A DNA stretch of 64,000 nt from a bacterium. Lineage in GTDB: Bacteria > UBA8248. The translations under genes were made by a program, and so were the position numbers. Where the stretch lies: the NCBI GenBank assembly GCA_965204535.1, contig OZ241996.1, positions 192,001 through 256,000 on the forward strand, given 5' to 3'. Shown here in pieces: positions 1 to 8,515 of the stretch. Position 1 is the stretch's first letter, and the number at the start of each line of letters is the position of its first letter. The notes under the pieces are model-generated. The model was given only the letters and a program-made list of their open reading frames with translations. It was not told where the DNA came from and searched no databases.

Positions 1-258
1 AAGGCAGGCCGCAGAAGGAAACGCGTGACCGCCTCGCGCCGTACGGTCCGCGAGATGCGGCCCGCGCGCGACGAACTCATCGTCTGCACCGGGCTCCGGG
101 TCCCCGGCAGCGGGCTGCAGTTGTGGGGCGAGCACCTCGTGTGGGCCCGGATGCTCACCCGGTGAGGAAATCCCCCCGGGGAGGACTTCCGCCCGCAAGA
201 CGTCTCGCCGGCCCGGCGCCGGCCGCACGATTCCATCCACCCCAGGGAGGGAGGCGGG

Positions 259-1065
259 ATGCCCTACAAGGACCCGGAGATGAGGCGCAAGTTCGATCGC
301 GAACGCCACCGCAAACGCACCGCCGACCGACTCGCGCGTGGTCTGTGTCCCCGGTGCGGAAAGATTCCTCCCGCGCCGGGGCGCAGTCTGTGCGAGCCCT
401 GCCTCGAGAGGGACCGGGAGACCCGACGCGCCCGATACGCCGAAGCCCGAGCGGGGGGAGCCCCATATGGCGGCCGCGACCCCGAGAGCCGCCGGCGCAT
501 GGCGCGCGAGAGGGCGAGGAAGCGCAGGCGCGAGCGGGTGGAGGCCGGCTTGTGCCCGCGCTGCGGACGCGAGCCCGTCGAGGACGGCGCCGTCTGCGAA
601 CCCTGCCGGGAGGCGAGGCGGGCTGAAGAGCGAAAGCTCTACGCCGCCAGGAGAGCGAAAGGGCTTTGCGGACGGTGCGGGGAGCCGACGTTCGCAGGCG
701 CCGCGCTATGCGGTCCGTGCGCCGCGCTCGCGGAGGGACGCGCTCCAAAGAAGAACGCCGCGAGCAGGAAACGCTATCGCGACAGGCGGGCCCGGGGGCT
801 TTGCGTCGACTGCGGCGCCCATGCGGACGCAGGGGTGAGATGTACTCCCTGCGCGCGGCGTTCGTATCACTCCTCGGCAGAGCACAAGGGGATGCCCATC
901 CATCCGCCGAGCTACACCGTGGTCGAACTCGCCACGGGCATCGAGCACGGACCCCTCGACTCCTGGGAGGAGGTTGCCATGTGCCTCGCGTTCAGCAAAC
1001 TCTCACGGGATGAGGTCGAGGTGGTTACGGACAGCCCGGTGATGGCAACTCTCACCGGCTACTGA
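259..1065 (+). CDS. Arg-rich protein with four tandem C4 zinc-ribbon repeats
   Basis: Four GLC-x2-CG-x(8-10)-C-x2-C units separated by basic helices; GGAGG RBS upstream. Confidence 0.75.
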   Translation: MPYKDPEMRRKFDRERHRKRTADRLARGLCPRCGKIPPAPGRSLCEPCLERDRETRRARYAEARAGGAPYGGRDPESRRRMARERARKRRRERVEAGLCPRCGREPVEDGAVCEPCREARRAEERKLYAARRAKGLCGRCGEPTFAGAALCGPCAALAEGRAPKKNAASRKRYRDRRARGLCVDCGAHADAGVRCTPCARRSYHSSAEHKGMPIHPPSYTVVELATGIEHGPLDSWEEVAMCLAFSKLSRDEVEVVTDSPVMATLTGY

Positions 1066-1217
1066 GCGCCGGCTCACGGCCGGGTCTGCACTTGCAGCCG
1101 GCCTGCCGTCCGCCGGGGCACGTGCCGCCGTCCGCCCGCCGGCGGGTTACTTGCAGCCGTCCGGCCGGGGCGGAGGGAAGGACAGCGCCGCCCTGCTGCG
1201 CAGCCGCCGGACCGCCG

Positions 1218-1592
1218 TCACCGGCCCCGGACGCACCACCTCGCGAGCCACCACCAGGCCACCCAGGCCGGCAGGCTGAGAAGGACCGTACAGGCGGCTA
1301 TCGCGAGCGGACCGGAGAGTCCCGCCACCAGCGGCGCCGTCACACCACCCAGCACCGCACCCATCGCCCAGGCGCCGCCGCGCCATCCCAGCCGCCACAT
1401 CCGTCGGCACGCCAGGGCGAGCGGCAGGCCGCACGGCGCAAGCGTTGCCGCCGAGGAGGGCAGCATCGGCGTCCAGCCCTCGGGATCCGCCCAGAAGCGC
1501 ACGGCGGCGGTCACGACTGCCCCGACAGGCAGCCACAAGAGCGCGAGCGGCCAGAAGCCGCGCCGTCTGTGCTGCTCCCCTTCGATGAGCAT
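1218..1592 (-). CDS. Small hydrophobic membrane protein, hypothetical
   Basis: Three to four hydrophobic Trp/Leu-rich segments; start uncertain (ORF track extends to 1655). Confidence 0.45.
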   Translation of the reverse strand: MLIEGEQHRRRGFWPLALLWLPVGAVVTAAVRFWADPEGWTPMLPSSAATLAPCGLPLALACRRMWRLGWRGGAWAMGAVLGGVTAPLVAGLSGPLAIAACTVLLSLPAWVAWWWLARWCVRGR

Positions 1593-1776
1593 GTCCCATC
1601 TGACCCGAATCCCAAGGCGGGCGCAAGTCCGGCATGGCCGGCGGGCGGTCCCCATCGGCTATGAACCTCCCTGGGAGAGGTGAAGCGAAGCTCGGGGCCG
1701 GGCAAAGGCCCGGCAGGCGAGAGGGAGACGGTCTCCAGCTCCCGCCGCCGGCGACAACCCGATAGGAGGCTTGGCC

Positions 1777-1908
1777 ATGTACGAGAACGACTTCGACGTC
1801 GACGTTCCCACCACGGACGAACTGCTCGCAGAACTCGGACTCGACGCGTACACGATCCGCAAGATCCGCGACGAGGCGGGGGGCGAGGAGGAGTTCAGGA
1901 GGGAATAG
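1777..1908 (+). CDS. 43-aa acidic peptide (MYENDFDVDVPTTDELLAELGLDAYTIRKIRDEAGGEEEFRRE)
   Basis: AGGAGG RBS before ATG at 1777, GC3-rich codons, TAG at 1906-1908; below the ORF-track size cutoff. Confidence 0.55.
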   Translation: MYENDFDVDVPTTDELLAELGLDAYTIRKIRDEAGGEEEFRRE

Positions 1909-1989
1909 GGCAGATCGGGGGATCGGGGAGAGAGGCTCCCCGGCCCCTTCCACTTCATCATCCACACCACACCATGAAGGAGTACTACA

Positions 1990-2424
1990 ATGGCATTCGG
2001 ACTTAACCGCGCGGAACTGATCGGGCGTCTCGGCGCCGACGTCACCATCAACCACCTCGCGAGCGGCGGCCGCGTCGCCAACCTCTCGATCGCCACGGAT
2101 GAGGGCTACGTCGACAAGCAGTCCGGCGAGCGGGTGGACAAGACCGAATGGCACCGGGTCGTCACCTTCCAGCCCGGGCTGGTGGACATGTTCGAGAAGC
2201 ACGCGAAGAAGGGCCGCCTGGTCTACGTCGCGGGCAAGCTCCAGACCCGCCGCTGGAAGAAGGACGATGAGGACTCGGACCGGTTCTCGACCGAGATCCT
2301 CATCGCGCCGGGCGGGCGCGTCCAGTTCCTCGACAAGGTGAACGGGAACGGCAATGGTAACGGCGCGCACCCCGAGACGACGGCGGTGGCGGCTGGCGTA
2401 GCCGGGGACGACATCCCGTTCTAG
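1990..2424 (+). CDS. ssb: Single-stranded DNA-binding protein (plasmid/ICE type)
   Basis: NRAELIGRLGAD, TEWHRVV and GKLQTRRW motifs; C-terminal DDIPF. Confidence 0.95.
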   Translation: MAFGLNRAELIGRLGADVTINHLASGGRVANLSIATDEGYVDKQSGERVDKTEWHRVVTFQPGLVDMFEKHAKKGRLVYVAGKLQTRRWKKDDEDSDRFSTEILIAPGGRVQFLDKVNGNGNGNGAHPETTAVAAGVAGDDIPF

Positions 2425-2432
2425 GCTCACCA

Positions 2433-2465
2433 GGGGTCGGCGCTTCGGCGTCGGCCCCTTTTTTT
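2433..2465 (+). terminator. Rho-independent terminator after ssb
   Basis: GGGGTCGGCGC-TTCG-GCGTCGGCCCC followed by a T tract. Confidence 0.85.
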
Positions 2466-2764
2466 CTGCTCCTTATCCAGAGGAAGTCCGCCCTGCCTGC
2501 TCTCTCATCTACCGGGAGCACCCGGTAAATCTCCGGTTCCGTGAACGATAAACCGTGTTCCCGGAAGATCGGCATGCTCCTGCCAATCATCCCATAATTC
2601 CAGATAGTGGCTCGGTCCACCCCCCGCTGCGGGAATTTCGGGCCGGAAAAAACGGCCCGAAATGACCCTTTCCGCAGCATGAGAGACTGTTTCCCGATGA
2701 GCTTCGCCTTCATCGTGAAACACCAAAGGCTCTTGTGTCCCGGTGGCGGTACTACCCTCTCTCT

Positions 2765-2993
2765 CTTAGCGTCCTCATTTTAGCACGAACGCCGAGCGAA
2801 TAAAGGGTGGCCGCAGGCGGCCATCATTTGCCGGTGCCCCCCAAAAAACGTCGAGCGACGAAAAACAGGAGCGCCGCTCTATGAAGCGTGTTTTTCGGGA
2901 ACCCCCCGGAAAATGACAAGCCCTTGATTCGCCCGCCTACGGGCATCGGTAACACCGTCCGATGCCCTTACGTGCTGAAAATGGGGCGCTAAG
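2765..2993. promoter_or_regulatory. Long imperfect inverted repeat, Frpo/ssi-like ssDNA promoter structure
   Basis: 2765-2787 pairs with 2971-2993 and 2796-2807 pairs with 2921-2932; inner hairpins; the arms carry -35/-10-like hexamers. Confidence 0.6.
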
Positions 2994-3029
2994 AAGCGCA
3001 TCCGTTAACTCTCTACGAAGGAGAAAGGC

Positions 3030-3404
3030 ATGGAAACCACCGTGGTGAACCTGAACGACTACGTTGCGCCTCAATTCGGCGGCGGATTGCTGGTCAGGAT
3101 CGACCGCATGACCAAGTGGGGAAACCCCTTCCGCATCGGCCAGGACGGCGAGCGCGCCGAGGTCATCGAGAAATACCGGCGATGGCTCTGGGAAAGAATC
3201 CGGCGCGAGGAGCAGGACCTCTACGAACTCGCCGACCTGCAAGGCTGCGAGCTCGGCTGCCACTGCCATCCCCTCCCGTGCCACGGCGACGTACTCGCAC
3301 GCGCCGCCGAGTGGGCCGCCAGGTATCTCGACGGGATGCCGAAAGAAGTGGGGCGCAACGAGCGTGGCTACGCTCTTCCCGAATTCAATCATCCCCTCGC
3401 CTGA
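3030..3404 (+). CDS. DUF4326 family protein
   Basis: IDRxTKWGNPF and LGCHCHPLPCHGDVL motifs; AAGGAG RBS. Confidence 0.85.
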   Translation: METTVVNLNDYVAPQFGGGLLVRIDRMTKWGNPFRIGQDGERAEVIEKYRRWLWERIRREEQDLYELADLQGCELGCHCHPLPCHGDVLARAAEWAARYLDGMPKEVGRNERGYALPEFNHPLA

Positions 3405-3425
3405 GGACAACGAAAGGAGTGAACG

Positions 3426-4385
3426 ATGACTGCCACCGCGACACACGACCACAAGGAGAGCATCATGCACGAGGTTGACAACATCGAAGCGCAGAACGAA
3501 TCCTTCACCGCCATGGTCTGCGAGCAGGCCGCCCTCTTCGGCGCGACCCCCGGCCCTGACGAGTTCGACAACCGCCCCGTGTGGGGCGAGGCGGAGTCCA
3601 CCGCCGCCGTCCTCAAGGCATTCCACCTGCTCGCCGAGGCCGCGCCCGACGGCACGCAACTGGCCGACGAGCGGGCGAGTCTCCTCTGGGGCTTCGTCAA
3701 CACCCTCGACGCCCAGACACAGCGGCTCGACCGCGCCGCCGACAAGCTCATCCCCGGCATCCGTGAACTGCAGCGCGAGCAGGACGGCTCCGAGATCAGG
3801 TCGCGCGAACTCGAACTCGCCACCGACCGGGCCGAGAATCTCACCGCCCGCCGCGACGCCTTCGAAGGATTGCGCGACACGGCCGCAGAGGCCTACCGCG
3901 TCGAGACCGGCGAGGTATGGCGGCCCAGGCGAGGGTCGCACGTCTCTCAGACCGGCAAGCTGACCTCTGCGGTGATCGAGGCGCGTGACTTCCAGCGCGC
4001 GAAAAAGGACCGCGAGAACACGGCCCACCTCCCCCAGGGAACCCTCGTCGCCGTCGCGGGAGGCAAGGAAGCCACCGACGCGGGCAAGATCATCGGCCAG
4101 CTCGACAAGCTGAAAGCCAAGTACGCCGACGTCGTCCTCGTCCACGGCGGCGGCCCCGGCGCCGAGAAGGTCGCGGCGGGATGGGCCGAACGTAACGGCG
4201 TCCACCAGATCGTCTGCAAGCCCGACTGGGACGCCCACGGCAGGGCCGCTCCCTTCAGGCGCAACGACGAGCTGCTCTCCCTCCTTCCCAAGGGCGTGAT
4301 CGCGTTCCCGGGTTCGGGCATCACGGACAACCTCGTCGACAAGGCCAGAGCGCTCGGCATCCCCGTCCAGAAAATCGCCGCCTGA
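3426..4385 (+). CDS. DUF2493 (SLOG/YspA-like) protein typical of conjugative elements
   Basis: C-terminal VAVAGG, LVHGGGPGAE, AAPFRRND and IAFPGSGIT motifs. Confidence 0.85.
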   Translation: MTATATHDHKESIMHEVDNIEAQNESFTAMVCEQAALFGATPGPDEFDNRPVWGEAESTAAVLKAFHLLAEAAPDGTQLADERASLLWGFVNTLDAQTQRLDRAADKLIPGIRELQREQDGSEIRSRELELATDRAENLTARRDAFEGLRDTAAEAYRVETGEVWRPRRGSHVSQTGKLTSAVIEARDFQRAKKDRENTAHLPQGTLVAVAGGKEATDAGKIIGQLDKLKAKYADVVLVHGGGPGAEKVAAGWAERNGVHQIVCKPDWDAHGRAAPFRRNDELLSLLPKGVIAFPGSGITDNLVDKARALGIPVQKIAA

Positions 4386-4777
4386 CGTGAACGATCAACG
4401 GGCCGCGTCGCCATCCCCGCACCACCGGCGGCGCGGCTCGTTGCTTCCCGTGTCGTTCGCCTGCTTGTGATGTAAAGCGCAAGCTGCAGCGCCCCGTGCG
4501 TCCGCCGCTTGTGAATCCAGGCGCAAGCTCCGGCGCCCTCACTCCCTCTTGCCACTCGCTCTGTCCGCTCAATCGCCGCTACGGCTCCCGCTCGCCATTC
4601 TCTCCGGCGAAAGTTCCCCCGACTCGTGTTCCATAAAATCCCTCCACCTGACGCCCTGCGGCGTTTCGGGTTGTACACCGGACGCATCGCTGATGCGGGT
4701 GTCGCGTTGGTGCGACTGCCCGCGATATGCTGTGAAAATTCGCATCCCCGGGTAGCCCTGTCGTGTCGGAAAAAGCA

Positions 4778-4932
4778 ATACCATTCTGGTATCATGCTAT
4801 CTCCTTGAAATCCGTGCACTTAAAAATGGCGCAGGCTCATTGTAATACGATGTAATACGGAGATTCTATGCAAGATACCAGATTGGTAGCACCCGGAGGT
4901 GCGCTGCGCTATGATGGCTACCATTTTGGTAG
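4778..4932. promoter_or_regulatory. Putative oriT/operator region with repeated palindromes
   Basis: Three TACCA-N3-TGGTA palindromes (4779-4791, 4876-4888, 4919-4931), a TGTAATACG direct repeat (4841, 4851) and a GCACC-N4-GGTGC hairpin (4889-4902), upstream of an RHH gene. Confidence 0.4.
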
Positions 4933-5063
4933 TTCATGAAACGGCGTCACGGGTATCATTTTGGGACCCGATGCGGGTGTGTTTGGTGCAGAAAATGAGA
5001 ATTTTTGCGGTCGTTTTGCGACCGGAAGGGATGAAAATTTTCTCGAAATGAGAGACGAAACGG

Positions 5064-5414
5064 ATGGTTCAGACGATACAGAAGAACATCAGGGTCACGC
5101 CGGAACAGTGGAAACGAATTGAAAGTGAGGCCGAAAAACGCGAAATGTCGCCCAACCGACTGGTGGTAGAGCTCGTGATGGAAGCCCTGGAGCGCCGCGA
5201 ATGGCCCCGTACGGAAGCGGAAATCCATCTCCTGCGATCGGCAATGTACGTTGCGCAGGCCATCATCCGCGAAATGGAAAGGACCGGGCGAGAAGAGGAA
5301 ATCCAGCAAATCAGTCGAACCATCTCCGAAGTCGCACCGGAATTGCCGGGCAAATCGACGAACAAAGGATCAGCTCAGTCTAAGCCCTCAAGCTCCACGG
5401 ACGACAATATGTAA
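5064..5414 (+). CDS. Ribbon-helix-helix DNA-binding protein (possible relaxosome accessory factor)
   Basis: N-terminal KNIRVTPEQWKRIESEAEKREMSPNRLVVELV RHH pattern. Confidence 0.6.
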   Translation: MVQTIQKNIRVTPEQWKRIESEAEKREMSPNRLVVELVMEALERREWPRTEAEIHLLRSAMYVAQAIIREMERTGREEEIQQISRTISEVAPELPGKSTNKGSAQSKPSSSTDDNM

Positions 5415-5453
5415 GATATTGGCTCGAATTACCGCTAGTAAGAAGCAAAAAAT

Positions 5454-6867
5454 GGTTAAGTCCTAAACTTGCTGGAAACTTTGGAGGGGTGCATCCTCGG
5501 CAGAGGCATCACAAAACCGTGCCGGTAAGCGCCGGCACCAAACCGAGGAGGCACCCCATGAAGAAGAGATTACAGGCATCGACGCACACTCGCCAAGCCC
5601 TGTCCGCCCTGATCGAAGGCCGCCTGTCGAGTCCCGATGCGCGGGCCGACCTGGTGAAGCTCGCCACGCGGCTCATCGTGGAAGAAGCGCTGGAGGCGGA
5701 GAGCCGCGACGCTCTGGGCCGGGAATACTACGAGCACGGAGCGAAGCCCGGCCAGGGCTACCGCAACGGCCATCGTGCAGGTCGTCTCAAGACGGCGGAA
5801 GGGTTCGTCGAGTTCGCGGCGCCTCAGATTGCCGGGCGCGAGGAAGCGTTCCGCTCAGCGATTAGAGACAACCTCAAGGGGCGCACCGAGGGGCTCGAGG
5901 AGTTGGCGGTGGAGCTATTGGCGCGCGGTCTCTCGGTACGGGACATCGAGGACGTCTTCAGCGACGAGAGCGGCCGTTTGCTGCTCTCTCGCACGGCGGT
6001 CTCGGAGCTCGGCGAACGGTTGTGGTCAGAATACCAGGAGTTCGCTTTGCGGGATTTGGGCGAGTACGAGGTTGTCTATCTGTTCATCGACGGGATCGCC
6101 GAGCGGATCCGCCCGGGGAGCAAGCGCGAGCCGGTGCTGGCGGCCTGGGGAATCACGGCGAACGGCGCCAAGGTGCTGCTGCACCTGATGGCGGGTTCGA
6201 AAGAAGACGCCGAAACGGTGAGCGCGTTCTTCCAGGACATGCGCACCCGCGGCCTGGGCGACCCGCTGGTGGTGGTGAGCGACGGGGCGCCGGGCATCAT
6301 CAAGGCGATCGAGACGTGCTTCCCGCGATCGGAGCGGCAGCGCTGTCTGGCGCACCGCATGCGGAACCTCGCGGCGAAGGCGCCCGAGGACCTCTGGCCG
6401 GAGTTCAGGGAGCGGGCAGCGGCGGCCTACCAGGCCCCCTCGCGCGCCATCGCCCGGGAGTTAGCCGATGGACTCGCCAGGGACTACGAGTCGAGGCTGC
6501 CGAGCGCCGTGGCTTGCTTCCGCGATGACTTCGAAGCCTGCATTGCGCACCTGCGTGCGCCGGTCAACCATCGCCGGGCCGTGCGCACCACGAACCAGCT
6601 GGAGCGTTTGTTCGTCGAGGAGCGCCGAAGGCTCAAGATCATCCCGAATGCCTTCGGTGAGAAGCCGGTGCTCAAGCTCATGTTCAGCGCCATGATCCGG
6701 GCCGCCGAAAGGTGGCGCGCGCTCAAGATTACCGGCTTCGAGCGACGCCAGATGGAAGCCCTGAGACGGGAACTGGACCAGAACTACGAGGAGGAAAACG
6801 AACTCAATCGCAGGCCCTCAGCCGATATGCGCCAAAAGAAAGTTTCCAGCAATTCTCGGACTTGACC
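5454..6867 (+). mobile_element. Complete IS256-family element
   Basis: Imperfect 29-bp TIRs (GGTTAAGTCCTAAACTTGCTGGAAACTTT / GGTCAAGTCCGAGAATTGCTGGAAACTTT); 8-bp target duplication CAAAAAAT at 5446-5453 and 6868-6875. Confidence 0.93.
5558..6865 (+). CDS. IS256-family DDE transposase
   Basis: YLFIDG, VVSDGAPG, QRCLAHRMRN and RTTNQLER motifs; GAGGAGG RBS before ATG 5558. Confidence 0.95.
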   Translation: MKKRLQASTHTRQALSALIEGRLSSPDARADLVKLATRLIVEEALEAESRDALGREYYEHGAKPGQGYRNGHRAGRLKTAEGFVEFAAPQIAGREEAFRSAIRDNLKGRTEGLEELAVELLARGLSVRDIEDVFSDESGRLLLSRTAVSELGERLWSEYQEFALRDLGEYEVVYLFIDGIAERIRPGSKREPVLAAWGITANGAKVLLHLMAGSKEDAETVSAFFQDMRTRGLGDPLVVVSDGAPGIIKAIETCFPRSERQRCLAHRMRNLAAKAPEDLWPEFRERAAAAYQAPSRAIARELADGLARDYESRLPSAVACFRDDFEACIAHLRAPVNHRRAVRTTNQLERLFVEERRRLKIIPNAFGEKPVLKLMFSAMIRAAERWRALKITGFERRQMEALRRELDQNYEEENELNRRPSADMRQKKVSSNSRT

Positions 6868-7084
6868 CAAAAAATTGTTGCTCAATCTTAAATCCTCAAC
6901 TATTGGTGCGCTCCGAGAGCATGTTCACTCACAAACTTCACGTAGTTATTTAAACGGCTTTGTATGAAAAGCAACCAGGCATCGATCAGCTATAGTTTGC
7001 TATTCTTATACATTATCAATATCCCCCAACACGCTCAGGGGACGAAAGTGTCCGTCGATCCCCTGGGGAAACTGGAGGCCGCCC

Positions 7085-7978
7085 ATGATTAAACGAATCG
7101 TCGAAATCGGAAGTCCCGCCCGTCTCTCTCTCAGCCGCAAGCAACTGAAAGTGGAACGGGAGGAATACGCCGCAGAGTCTCTCCCCGTGGAGGATCTGGG
7201 CGTCCTGATTCTGGATCACCCGGCCATCCGCCCCTCTCAAGGGTTGTTGTCCGAGTGCATGAAGAACAACGTCGCCGTCGTGATGTGCGACGAGAAGCAC
7301 CTGCCCGCCTCCGTCCTGCTCCCGCTGGACGGACACACCCTGCACAGCAAGATCGTGAAGGAACAGGCCGCCGCCACTCCCGGCAGGCTGAGCCGCCTCT
7401 GGCGGGCGGTCGTGCGCGAGAAGATTCTCGCCCAGGCCGACGCGCTCGACGCCTTCGACGAATACGGCGAGCCGCTCCGAGCCGTCGCCGGGCGCGCGGC
7501 CCGGAAAAACCCCGCCCAGGCCGAGGCCCGCGCCGCGAGAACGTACTGGCCGAGAATGTTCGGACCGGATTTCCGGCGAAACCGCGCGCTTCCGGGGGTG
7601 AACCGCCTGTTGAACTACGGCTATTCGCTCATCCGCGCGGCCACGGCGCGAGCCATCGTCGCGGCGGGCCTGCACCCCGCTTTCGGCCTGCACCATCACA
7701 ACCAGTACGACGGCTTCTGTCTGGCGGACGACCTGATGGAGCCGCTTCGCCCGCTGGTGGACCGCCGGGTGCGCCGGATGCGTGATGAGCCGGAGTTTTG
7801 GGGAGAGGAACTCGAACTGGAGAAGGAGGAGAAGCGCGAGCTTCTGGGCGTGCTGGCCGAAGAGGTCCGGTTCGGCGGAAAGACCTACCCCCTTCTCACC
7901 GCCCTGCAATACTACGCCGCGGGCGTTCGCCGCGTCCTTTGCGGGGAAGAGAAGGAGACGGAAATCCCCCGGCCATGA
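7085..7978 (+). CDS. cas1: CRISPR-associated integrase Cas1, type II
   Basis: EARAARTYW, NRLLNYGYSLIR, GLHHHN and LADDLMEPLRP motifs. Confidence 0.96.
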   Translation: MIKRIVEIGSPARLSLSRKQLKVEREEYAAESLPVEDLGVLILDHPAIRPSQGLLSECMKNNVAVVMCDEKHLPASVLLPLDGHTLHSKIVKEQAAATPGRLSRLWRAVVREKILAQADALDAFDEYGEPLRAVAGRAARKNPAQAEARAARTYWPRMFGPDFRRNRALPGVNRLLNYGYSLIRAATARAIVAAGLHPAFGLHHHNQYDGFCLADDLMEPLRPLVDRRVRRMRDEPEFWGEELELEKEEKRELLGVLAEEVRFGGKTYPLLTALQYYAAGVRRVLCGEEKETEIPRP

Positions 7979-8304
7979 GCTTCGGGAGGTGGCGCAGCAT
8001 GTGGCTCATGGTGATGTTCGATCTGCCGACGGATACGAAGGCGGCGCGCAAAGCCTACCAGGAGTTTCGCGGCTTTTTGCTCGAAGACGGCTTCACCATG
8101 CTCCAATACTCGGTGTACGCCCGGCATTGCCCGAGTTCCGAGAACGCGGAGGTGCACGAGAAGCGCATCAACGCCGCGCTTCCCCCGGACGGGGAGGTGC
8201 GGCTTTTACTCTTCACGGACAAGCAGTTCTCGCGGATGAAGATTTTTTATGGAAAAACCCGCAAGGCGACGGAAAAGGCTCCCGAGCAGATCACGCTGTT
8301 CTGA
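7975..8304 (+). CDS. cas2: CRISPR-associated Cas2
   Basis: MWLMVMFDLPT, FLLEDGFTMLQYSVYAR, TDKQF and C-terminal QITLF; ATGA overlap with the cas1 stop. Confidence 0.96.
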   Translation: MSFGRWRSMWLMVMFDLPTDTKAARKAYQEFRGFLLEDGFTMLQYSVYARHCPSSENAEVHEKRINAALPPDGEVRLLLFTDKQFSRMKIFYGKTRKATEKAPEQITLF

Positions 8305-8350
8305 CCCGTCCCGGGAGCCTTGAGCAGATCGGTTACAGCAGGTTGGAATA

Positions 8351-8468
8351 CAAAAAGCCCCCGTCCTGAAACGGGGGCCTCTGCCGGTAGTGCCCTTGGG
8401 TTACCGAGCCCGCGCGAAGGGGCGATTGCTGTGATAAGCGAATCGGCCACTCCTCGACTTGCTATGAA
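8351..8468 (-). ncRNA. tracrRNA
   Basis: The minus strand reads AGCAAGTCGAGGAGTGGCCG-bulge-CACAG (anti-repeat, about 8428-8465), followed by hairpins and terminator GCCCCCGT-TTCAGG-ACGGGGGC-TTTT; exact ends approximate. Confidence 0.88.
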
Positions 8469-8515
8469 ACGTATGCTAACACTTGGCGATTGCAAACGCA
8501 ATGGAGGACCCACTC

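Noticed and set aside
4889-4912. Resemblance to the R388 (MOBF) nic hairpin
   Set aside because: The orientation would transfer the RHH side first, opposite to the inferred leading region, so it is not called as the nick site
7037-7064. Hairpin upstream of cas1 as a ribozyme or riboswitch
   Set aside because: No recognisable conserved core; a simple stem only
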